NCBI RefSeq assembly: GCF_001194135.2
Contig: NC_068988.1
Coordinates: 91,961,713-92,025,712 of the forward strand
Direction: 5' to 3'
DNA: 64,000 nucleotides
Source: Octopus bimaculoides
Taxonomy: Eukaryota
Below are positions 1 through 11,700 of this stretch, one piece after another. Below the pieces are notes generated by a model. That model did not search any database. It was given only the letters and a program-made list of their open reading frames with translations, and was not told where the DNA came from. The position numbers were made by a program, and so were the translations under genes. The stretch's first letter is position 1; each line of letters begins with the position of its first letter.

Positions 1-604
1 TAATAGATCTATTTCAAACTGGGTTTCCCTCCTGTTTAGCAGCTTGCAATACTCTCTTCCAGCTCCGGTTATTGTTTCTTTTTGTTTATAGTTACATTAA
101 GCTCTCCTCAGCTGTCTCTGACAGACGTTTTCTTATCACTCTTTTCAGAAATGAAATGATTGATACTGAAGTATTCTATAATACCCTATTAATATCAGAA
201 AGTATATAATCCTTTCTGTTAAATTGGGATCACAAAACAGTTATATGAAAAAAGACTAGAGAACGACCTTCAACCAAAACCAGACTGCTGTTTCGTACAA
301 AAGTGAGGTTGTCAGAGATCAACTCAAACAACTATCTCATCTATAACATAATCATCTGTCCCCAATAGATTTTATAAATAAGCCCAAAGTTGCTCAAGGG
401 AAACGAGGGGTTTCGCAATATTTGTTAATGTACAAAATGATTCTGCAGTGAATTTAATAACAGTATAATAGTCAGTCCCTAAATCCTCATTGCTTCACAT
501 ACACAATGAACATCTTAAAAAGTAGGGAGAGGAACAAGAGACAAGTCGTATAACAAAAAGAAAAATTACAGCAATTTACAGAAGAAGCTGGGGAACAGAC
601 TTAC

Positions 605-640
605 ATTATAACTGCCAGGTGATGCTGATGAATAATTTAT
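605..640 (-). CDS. SSBP3: Ssdp exon, [12 protein letters not shown] (36 nt, phase 0-0)
   Basis: Acceptor cctttatttttctag, donor gtaagt; matches IPYSSASPGNYV. Confidence 0.9.
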
Positions 641-3600
641 CTAGAAAAATAAAGGATGGAAAAAATATTCAGGAAAATCAAGCTGAAGAAAACACAGCTT
701 CTTATTTAAGTAACAATATTAGGATATACAATACCATCATATTTTTATAAACTGATCTGGAATTAATTAACATATATTATCAGACCATACAATTATCAAA
801 TGCACTTATCACATAACCAAAACAAAGTCAACACTCAAATAAAAAGAGTTATCATGTACCCAAACCTTAAAGTTAATAGTTAACAATATGTACCACAGGT
901 ATTACATAGATAGTGTATAATACAACACATAACTGGATGCTATGTTACACCTGGAAGTCCTGTAAATTTACACCTAAGACCAGTTAAAATGCATAAACTT
1001 GTTGTTGACTGTGTCACAGTATTTTGTTACAGTAATACTGTGTTACATATGACAGTCTTGTAACACTAGTACACCTGGTAATTCTATAACAGTGTTACAC
1101 TTTGTAATTCTGGAAGAATACTTTCAACTTTGCAATAATAGGCCAGTGTTATAATTGTCAGTTCTTTGTGTTCGCATCATCAGTCCAACTCAGCAGATAT
1201 TCTGTTCCTTCTGCTGTTTCAACTGTTATAAACAAATTAGTTAATTATATGTTGTAATTATCATTAAATAAAAAAGTAGAGAAAATAACTTACTGATGAA
1301 GATGTTGGGGGCCATGGTCTGTTTCCTTGTCCACCAGGCCTGAGAAAAAATAGAAAGAGAGAAGTGAACATTGTTACGTTAAAAGCCTTACATGGATCCC
1401 TTAAGTTATTTAAAAACAATACAAGAAGGGTAATTGTACTGCCTTAAAAGTAATTCAAAATTTAACAAGGTTTTCAAAGCAACACATTTAATAATGATTT
1501 CTATATTTTCTTATTTTTGGTCCGTTTTACATCTATTTTTCTACATTTGCATAGATTAGTTCCGTTGAGGCATGGTTCCACAGCCAGATACTAACCCATA
1601 TCTGTTTTCCAAAATAAGGAGTCTCTAATTCCACAACATCATCATCGTTTAACGTCCGCCTTTCATGCTAGCATGGGTTGGCAATTTGACTGAGGACTGG
1701 CGAACCAAATAGCTACACCAGGCTCCAATCTGATCTGGCAGACTTTCTACAGCTGGATGCTTTTCCAAACGCCAACCACTCCAAGAGTGTAGTGGGTCCT
1801 TTTACATGCCACCGGCACAAAGGCCAGTCAGGCGGTACTGGCAACAGCCATACTCAAAATGGTGTATTTTACATGCCACCTACACGGGAGCCAGTCCAGC
1901 GGCACTGGCAACGACCTCGCTCGGATGTGTTTTCACATGCCACCAGCACAAGTGCCAGTAAAGCGACGCTGGTAACGATCACGCTCAGATGGTGCTCTTA
2001 ACACTCCACTGGTACAGGTGCCATCTCGATTTCGATAACAAAACCCAGCGTAACATGATGATGTGTGTATGTTCTTGCACATATGCACACCTTAGTAAGA
2101 AGTGGATGGAGTAGAGATAGAAACCTAGTCTGAATACTTGAAACGGAATGGACTCTGTTAAAAGTACCCAAGAGCTTGATGATGGTGTTACGCTGGGAGA
2201 CAGTTTAGGTCTACCACTGAAGCCCTTTTTGGTATATGCTATTGTGGTCTTCAAATTGATACTGAACTAAAAGGGTTCAGTGGCATAAGTTAAATGAAAA
2301 ATAGTCTCAAGCAAAAATCAGGTCATCTCTCTATCTAAGGCATTTATATAATATCAACATTGGAAAAAGCTGATTAAGCTTCGTAAAGTTTACAAGCAAA
2401 AACATGGCTCAAAATTTATTGCCAAACTATAAACAAGCACTAAATATTCCTCTCAACCAATTCTATATAACTTTTCACATGTAATTAAGTTTCAAAATTT
2501 GCAATATCTTAACAATAAATTCTCCAAATTGGATTAGAATATGCATGGAACTCGACTGAACTGAAGAATATCATCCCCTTCCTCTTCATCATCATTTAAC
2601 ATCCGTTTTCCATGCTGGCATTGGTTGGACAGTTTGACTGGAGCTGGTGAAACTGGGAGTTGTACCTGGGTCCATTGTCTGTTCTTCAATTTCAGTATAG
2701 CCCGAAGATGATTTACATGGGCAGCATATTATATCTAATATCTCTGTGATGTCAAATAATTAAGGGACAAACAGAAGTTTCTTGTTTTTAGTGAAATAAG
2801 AAATAATCTGGAGCTGAAAACTATCCTAAAAGAATCAACTGAAATGTTGAACTGTTATATATACAGTAAGACAGCAAGTTCAAATTCAGCTGAAGGTGCA
2901 TAATTAGTTAATTCAAAGAGAATGACACCTAATGCCTCTCTAGAGGACATTTTTGACAGGCTGCCCGACCACCACCACCACTCCATTTTCCTTTCTTTGT
3001 TTCTGAAACCCAGAGATATTAAAAGCAACTCTGACCTCAGAAACCTAACAATAGGGAACTTGGTAACCAAAGCCTGTTGTCTCCAGTGTCCAAATAAACT
3101 AAAATACTGATTGAAAAAGCCAGACAACTGAATTGCTTAGGTATATATGGGGATCGTGACATGCGCCTAATCACATGTGTTCACTGTGCATCTCCTTTTA
3201 CAACGACTACAGGGAAAATTGATCAAAAACAATCTTTACTTACATGCTCATGGGTGGCATGGCACCAGGAGCTGTTGGACCCATACTGTTTGGAGGTGGA
3301 CCTCTGATGCCACCGTAATTCTGTATTGTTTCATAGACCTAGAAAAATAACAACACAATTTCAACAAGTTATCATTGTTATTAATATCAGTCTAGTAAGG
3401 AGAGAAATACAAGTCCACACCATAAAGAAGAACAATGATAAAGCCCCTATTTTCATGTGTAAACTACTCACAACAACTGGGTAAAGTAATAAATCAACGT
3501 GCTTTTTTTTTTTTCCTTCAAATCTTCAGAACAAATTCAAAAACAATAAAATAATATCTGCTACTGATTAATTAGAAAATATTTTCAGCAGTGTTATCAT

Positions 3601-6600
3601 AATCATAACTTCGAACCCAAAATCTCCAAGGACGTTTTGTGAAGAATGTGTATCTATACTGATAATTATAATTCACATTAAAATGTTAACGTCAGAGAAA
3701 ATACTTATATTCCTGTTTTACAATTTTACCACATGCAAACTAAATATTTGCGTTTTGTATAGGTTATCCACCCTTGACCTGTAGACAATCCTTTCTACTG
3801 CAGGCACAAGGCCCAAAATTTGGGGGGAAGGGTAAATTTGGTTACATCAACCTCAGTACTTGACTGCTACTTAATTTATCGACCCCAAAAGGATGAAAGG
3901 CAAAGTCAGCCTCAGCGGAATTTGAACTCAGAACATAAAGACGGACAAAATGCCACTGAGCATTTTGTCCGGCATGCTACCGATTCTGCCAGCTCACTAC
4001 CTTTTCTTATGTATTTAATAATAATATTTTATAAACTTAAAAGCTTATAAGCAATCACTGTGTATTGACCAAAGAAAGTAGTCTAATATTGGGGCATGCA
4101 AGCCCTTGACAGAAAAAAAGTGAGTTTTCCATATATGTTTATCCCTCCTTTTTTTCAGCAATAAAGTTTTAGACAATGCAGATTACTCCTTCCACAAGTT
4201 TTGTGTACATGGAAGATAAAGTAATGAAACAAGTTGTTGTTGATGCTATCCCGTTACATAAAGCAGGATTTGTTGTCATATGAGAAAGAAAACCTCATTG
4301 CTTTCAACAAGGATCTTCATCACCGAAGACAAAAATTACAAACAACTTCACATGGCCATGTCTCACACACATCAACATGACTTGATGGCATTTCATTAAT
4401 TTCTGTAAGATCCCTATCAAGCCACACCTTCTTCTATCACTTCTTGTAGCTTTAAATCATCAAAGACCAAACAGTTTACATTTCACATTGGTGAAACCAA
4501 GCAGTGAATGTCACTGCTAATTAAAACGAGAATTAATTGAAGTAAATTAGCCACTTTGGTAAATGGTGACTATGAAAAAAGAAAGTTTAATTCAGCGTAT
4601 ATTTTACTACTCGTATTTTTGCTATATTTTACCTAGCTAAAATAAGTAGTGATGAAAACAGACAGCTATGGGTCCAATGATATAAGCAAAGAGAAATAAT
4701 GGGTAACTGAAAACCAAAGAAAATGTTAAATAAAAGATGTTACTAACTGGGTTTATTGGGCCCTGCATTCTACCAGGATGGTTCATTCGCTGCATTGGAC
4801 CAATTCCAGGATGACCTGTTGGAAGATAGGAAAAATAACGAACTGAGAGAAATAATGATGATGAGAGTAATGTTGTGGATATATTTATGATGAATATTGT
4901 CGGTGACACTGTTCTAATGTTATGCTGTTGACTGGAGTGGATGAAACAATGGTGCTTGTGGTGTGATTTTTCTTTTTTCAACAAGAAAGGAAGACAGAGT
5001 TGAAATTCAATGTTGATAAGACCCAATTAACCCTTTAGTATTCAGATTACCCTTTAAAATCTTATTTAATCATCAATAACATTAATATGCCAACTTGTTG
5101 TTTTTGTACGTACGTACGTACGTGCGTACATGTGGTGTGTCTACTTAATTCAAAAGAAGAAGAGTGGCAAAACGGGAGAGAGCAGGACAGAGAGAAAAAG
5201 AGAGAGAGAGTGAGTGGAGGTGGTATTTGCTTTGTGTTTTTAAATGGTTATCACATTGCAAGAAAAGTTGATACATTGATACATAGACACGTTGTTAAAT
5301 CAAAGACAAATAATTACAGCAAATATTGGATTGTCACTTTCACTTTTCATTACCACACAAGGATAAAATTAACTCACAAGTGGCTGAATACTCCAAAGAC
5401 ATGCATACCATTAACATAGTTCTCAGAGAAATTCAGCCTCTCACATAATATGAGGCTGGCCCCTTTGAATTACAGCTACAACTCATTTTGGTCAGCTGAG
5501 TGAACTGGAGCAAGTGGTTGCAAGAAAACGAAAAAGGATCCTATATAGGGGCAGGAAGATCTTTTTAGTTATTAGGGTCACTATGGGAATTAATCCAGTC
5601 CCAACAGCGGCATTTGTGGGTCTCACAGATCTCGAGACCAAACCCCCAGATAAACACCAATGTGCAGGCTGTTGTTACGATGGAATAGCCATTATTTCGT
5701 CTTAGCTTTCACTACTTATACTAAACATGACATTTTTTGCTTTACGATATGGAACACTTCCTTTCCTTTCACTCTTTTTAAAAAATGGCACTCCATCGGG
5801 GTTACAATGATGAGGTTCCTGTTTATCTGATCAACAGAACAGTCTGCTCGTAAAATTAATGCACAAGTGGCTGAGTACTCTGCAGACATGCATACCATAA
5901 CGTAATTCTCAGGGAGATTCAATCTCACACAAAAGTGACAAGGCTGGCCTCTTTGAATTACAGTTATAACTCATTTTTGCCAGCTGAGTGGACTGCAGCA
6001 AGGTGAAGTAGAGTACCTTGCTCAAGAACACAGCGCACCACAGGGCATCGTATTCATGACATTATGATCGTGGGCCAAATACCCCTAACCACTGAGCCAT
6101 GCACCTTCTCTCTCTTACCGTAAAGAAAAGGAGTGAAGCAATAGAAACAGAGGCAGGAAAGCATCAGCCATTTACAATGACAATTAGGCTGAAATACAAT
6201 CGATCTTTTCTAGCTTCTTTACTTTTAATAATGAAGAAGAGAGAAAGACATTTAGTCTTTCAGGTGTATACATTTTTATTCTGGGAGTTCTAGAATGATC
6301 AAGTGTTAGTTCTCTCTTCTTTCCCCCACCCCCAGTACTTATTTGCCTTTTTCCATAGTTCTTCATGTCTCTTAGTTGGTGGGGAAAGACCATGTCTTTT
6401 TTTTTTCAGGCAAGTTTAACGTTTTCTCTACACACTACAAACAAGCCCCACTCCATCCCTCCCCCCACCCCCAGTACAAAAACTAATGCAAATTTCGAAT
6501 GGGGTATAGCTGTGAAAAGAGCCCAGAAAAATGGGTAATACCCCCTATAAAATGGGTTGGGGAGAATAGTGGCCAACAGGTGGCTACACGAAATTCAACT

Positions 6601-8713
6601 CAATACTTTAAAAAGTTTGTTATAGGCATGTATAAGATAAAATCTTATATAAACATAACTAACAGTTAGAAAAATAAAGAAGAGATGTTAAAAGTTTTTT
6701 TTTTAAAATTTAATTTTTGCAGACGATCGTTTCGAATGATAAGAAAAACATGGGAAATATTAAATTAATTATAATGATAATTAAATGAAATTGATTTAAT
6801 TATGTATTACCATTCTCCTCAGTGCAAAAAGATTAAGAAAAACGTCAAAAAAGGTAATAACGAAAGAAAGTAAGAAGAAAAACAAAGATCTTATGTTGTA
6901 TATATCAACCAGACATTTGTAAATAAATTGTGAAAGAGGGGGAAAAAAAGAGATATAGGAACATGCTAATGCAGTGTCTTTTCTTGTCCCACCATTATAT
7001 CCCACTTGATGTAATTTGGTTAAAACCTTTAGCATTTAAACTGGCCATATCCAGTCCAAATATTCTACCTGTTTTATGTTCAAACCAACCAGATCTGGCA
7101 TCTCACACCTACCCTACATTGTCATTCTAAAAATAAACAAGCAATATAGCATGTTCCTATATCTCTTTTTTTCCCCCCTTTCACAATTTATTTACAAATA
7201 TCTGGTTGATATATATGACATAAGACCTCTGTTTTCCTTCTAACTTTCTTTTGTTATTACCTTTTTTGATGTTTTTCTTAATCTTTTTGCACCGAGGAGA
7301 ATGGTAATACATAATTAAGAGGATGATACCAATAAACTGTTCACAGTCTGTCTACCCTATGTGAAAACCCTCTCCGACAAGATACAAAAGATATGTGGCC
7401 CATATGACATCAGGACAGTATTCAAGAGTAATACAACACTTCACAAATATCTTCTTTGAGTAAAACCACTAATAGAAGAGAGTATGCCCAAAAACTGCAT
7501 GTATTCCATCCCATGCAGCTGTGGTAGGTTATACAAAGGCGAAACATGTCCCCCCTCAAAATAAGGGTAGAGGAACATCGCAAAGCTGTGACATGAAGAG
7601 ATATGGATAAATCAGGTATAGCTAATCATGTATGGAAAAATGACGACCACCTCCCCCTGTGGGATGAAGTTAAAATAATAGACAGAGAACACCACTGGAA
7701 AATATGGAAACTAAAAGAAGCAGCACATATGCTAGGACACAACCACTTCCTAAGCAAACAGAGTGCAGATTGAATAGCATATGGGAACCGGTCTTAAGGA
7801 GGGATAGGAAAATATTAGATTTATAAGCCCTAAAACTCACTCCATAATTGCTCACAGGCATATGGTATAGTGGTTAAGAGCGTGGACTACTAAACCCAAG
7901 ATTCTGAGTTCGATTCCAAGCAGTTACTTGAATAATAATAATAACATTGAAAAATACTTTAGGCTTGAGAACCCAGGTTCGAAATTTCCCCAAGACACCT
8001 GATGAAAGCTGGAGGGTATATTAGCTGAAACTTTGTGTTAACAACAAACAAGATGAGGACAAATATCCGTCAAATGTAAATAATGTTGAAAATGTTAAAA
8101 ATGTCTGTTCTTGTCTCACCAGTATATCACACTTGATGTAGTTTGGTTTAACCCTTTAGCATTTCAACTGGCCAAATCCGGCCCAAATATTCTACCTGTT
8201 TTATGTTCAAACCAACCAGATCTGGCATCTCACACCTACCCTACAATGTCATTCTAAGGATAAACAACCACATCATCAAACCTTCAAAGCAAGGAGATTC
8301 TTTATGGTTAATTTGTAATAGTACTAGTTGGACCTGGGGAAAATTCATGGAAAGCATGAAAAATGTAAGCTTCTGTAATGTAGAAAGAAGTGTAAAACTG
8401 ATCCAACCAAAATATCTCAGTTATGCAAACGTTTGTACATATTCAAAGAACCTTCTTGGTTTAGTGGTATGGAACGGTCTTCTGGTATTCTTTTATTCTT
8501 TTACTTGTTTCAGTCATCTGACAGTGGCCATGCTGGAGCACCGCCCTTTAGTCAAAGAAATCAACTCCTGGACTTAGTCCCTGTAAGCCTTGTGCTTATT
8601 CTATCAGTCTCTTTTGCCGAACAACTCAGTTATGGGGGTGCAAACACACCAGCATCAGCTGTCAAGCAATTGTTGTTGTGGGGGCAAACACAGACACGAA
8701 CACACACGCATAA

Positions 8714-8751
<38 letters not shown>

Positions 8752-11700
8752 AAATATAAGTTCATGTAGAACAATTTGTGTTAACAAACAAGATGAGGTC
8801 AAATGTAAATAACATACACAATTCCTCATCTCTTAAATATAGAACTGTATTAACATTTTCAGTTAGAACATGGTGTACAACAGGCATGTGAAGCTCCTGG
8901 CTTTAAAGCCATGCCCCACTATCTTGTCTTCAATACTGAAAATTAATATTAATATTTCATTCTTTGAGGCTAAGAGTAATATGAAGTGAAGAAGACGCTG
9001 TCAAATAGGCCGAAAACATTGATTTAAGACCGACATTTTCACCTGTAGATTGATGTATGACCAGCTATGCAACTTAGTGAACAGATATCTGCAACAAAAC
9101 AGCCACAAGTTATCTAATACAACAGTGGCAGAGGGAGCAGTTAGCCAGCCTCTCATAGAAAATGATACTCAGCAGATAATGATGGTTGTACAAATTTCTT
9201 CAGGTTCACAAAGTTCCAGAAGCTGCTCCTTTAAACAACTACTGTTCTCTATTTCATTTGAATATTTTGATAAAGTCAGTGAGGAATAGCATAACTCTTT
9301 TACAGGGTTTTAGTTAATGGACTATGGCCATGCTGGTTTATCGTTCATGACTGTGATATCTTGGAATCGATTAGGTAGCTATGGCACCAGTGAAAACTTC
9401 ACTTTCAAGAGAAAACCATCAGTGGTTACAACAGTTTCCATTACAAAGAGAAGAGAAATATTTCTTTCATTCTAATTACAAATTAATCCTTTAACCACAA
9501 AATAAATTTCATCATTATTCCAGTAATGGTGTTAAATGTCTAACAAAAATTAGAATTGATATTTTCTGCAAGTCACATTGCCTCAATAAACTTGACATAT
9601 CTTAACACAAGATAGACTAGTGTATAAAACTGCTTTTCACAGTTAAGAGTAGTGAAATTTTGAGTGGATATATCTGATTTCTGCTGTAAATGGGTTAATT
9701 AAACAACATTCAATATTTATACACAACTGCTCTTTGGCCATTCAGTTGGCACACTGGCACTTTACCAACCTATCAAATATATCAGAATCCCTTTTACTTT
9801 ATATACACCTAGAAATCATCAAAACAACAAAACAGAAATGTGTCTTTAATAAGAAGTTTACCTGGCCTTGGGTCCATACTGTTTGGCATTGACATCTGCC
9901 CAGCAGCTCCCCCTGGAGGCTACAATCATAAACACAAAAATATTTACAACATCTAATTACGCAACAGAACAGTCAGAAATACATATTCTTATATTCTTAT
10001 AAATCTTACAATTGCTTCACATTCTGTTTGTAGCAAACACTTTTGAAATATAGAAAGGTATGACCACCACCACCACCACCACCACCACCACCACCATCTA
10101 TCATCCGTTTTCTATGCTGGCACAGATTGGATGATTTGACAGGAGCTGGCTAGCCAGATGACTGCACTGAGCTTCACTGCCCGTTTTGGTGTGGGGGGGG
10201 GCTCCCTAATGTCAACTACCTAAAAGAGCAGAGCATCAAGCTAAAATATTGATAAGCTAACCATAACAACTATGTATTTATTATACAGTTAATATCTATT
10301 AGTTATATAATGTACAATACATATCAACATAAAATAATGCCCTCCTACTCTATTTTCAGCTATGTGAGCTTTTTAATCAAATTCCAGGATATTCTGTCAT
10401 GTGTGTTATTAATCTAAACACATTATTTCACTTGCATCACTCATAGTTGTCACTCATAATTAAATGGTTATTATTTAGTTTGCTGCAGCTATGAAAATGT
10501 TCAGATTTGCAAAATCATCAAACCCATGCTTGTATGGACAAATACAAATTATCCAATTGCTTTTAGGCACACATTTCTCATGGAATAAAAGGTTTAAAAA
10601 GTAATTTAAGCTCTATTGCCAGGCTTTCAAGCCAGTTTCTATATAATTACTTCATGTTTAATGTCATCAAATCTCATTAAACAATAAAAAAGGAGAGGCA
10701 TAGTAAAAGGCTTTTCAATATGGCAGCCACATCTCCCTAAACTCTGTCATCCTTCAAACAGAAACCATATCTCATTATCTAAAATGAAAGTCAACACATG
10801 TCCTAAAGTGTGCTGACATTGTATAATAAGTAATATATATCAATACATTGCTATATACATGTGTGTATGTGCATGTTCAATGCATGTCATGCCACTGTAC
10901 AATACATCATATTTATATGGGTGTATATGTTGTATACAATAATGTAGCAATGCATGATAATATGTCATAGATTTTCATAGTTAGAACCAAGTTTTGTAGA
11001 ACCTGAGGTAACATAAATTACTGATAATTTCTTATATAGCTGAAGAATATGATTCCCAAAAATTATGATAGCTGTGATACTGATAATGGTGAGATACCTT
11101 TAAACTCCACACTGGATAGTAAGATTTTCAAGATGGTCCAGTAATATCTATCAGCAAAACCTGACAAGCTCAGAGAAGATATGGACATGAAATAAACTTA
11201 CATTAAAATCTACTTGATTTGGCATCCGAACTGGTCCAGGGGCACGTGGTCCACCTGGAAATCTGGGTGACATGAAGGGCTGGAAACAAAAGAGACATTC
11301 ATTAAACAAAGGAGACATTCATTGGTCATTGAAAAACATTCATATAGACTGAGAAGCCAAAAAATTACCGAAAAATATAAATATATTTTTTTAGTTTTAA
11401 TGAAGGCCACAGTAGTAAACGATTAACATTATATCAATTAGTTGTTATTGATACTAGTTATCAGTTTTTACTAATTAGTAAACATATATCTCTTGATCTT
11501 CCAATAATCCTAATATACTCATTATGTTCACTAATTGTTATATAGGCTTTTTATCAAGTTTCCACACTAAAATCAGTCTTCATATTAACTGGTGTTATTT
11601 TCCTAATTAATCCAGATAGTTATAAATATCAATATTACGGAAAGTAAAACAGTTGCACAAATAAATTCAGACTCCCCCGCTATTTTTCAATGCCAAAAGT

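Larger units (their letters stand above)
7321..8087 (+). mobile_element. Penelope-like retroelement 3' fragment (GIY-YIG endonuclease pseudogene plus pseudo-LTR region); a further 3' piece lies at ~8775-8848
   Basis: From ~7349 the + strand reads [65 protein letters not shown]-[frameshift][59 protein letters not shown]. This is the typical PLE GIY-YIG pattern (Y.IPC.CG..Y.GET...R..EH...S.IA.H.W...H...W). It contains stops and a frameshift. Confidence 0.88.

Noticed and set aside
1795-2036. Regularly spaced repeats as a CRISPR array (also 40600-41330)
   Set aside because: Eukaryotic context, diverged units without unique spacers, and no cas genes.
4637-5026. 129-aa ORF in the track
   Set aside because: Only the 68-nt exon 4748-4815 is coding; the rest is intron read-through.
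7856-7925. Functional tRNA genes at SINE heads (here, 60867, 45171, 14364 and others)
   Set aside because: No complete cloverleaf or acceptor stem; each runs into repeat body sequence.
8985-9020. Second hammerhead-like string gtgaagaag...gccgaaaac
   Set aside because: It lacks the CTGA core, a clear stem II and a stem I partner.
11098-11160. 63-nt AG/GT-bounded segment with an in-frame stop (poison-exon candidate)
   Set aside because: It would leave only a 41-nt (or 53-nt) intron after the upstream exon, and the acceptor is weak.
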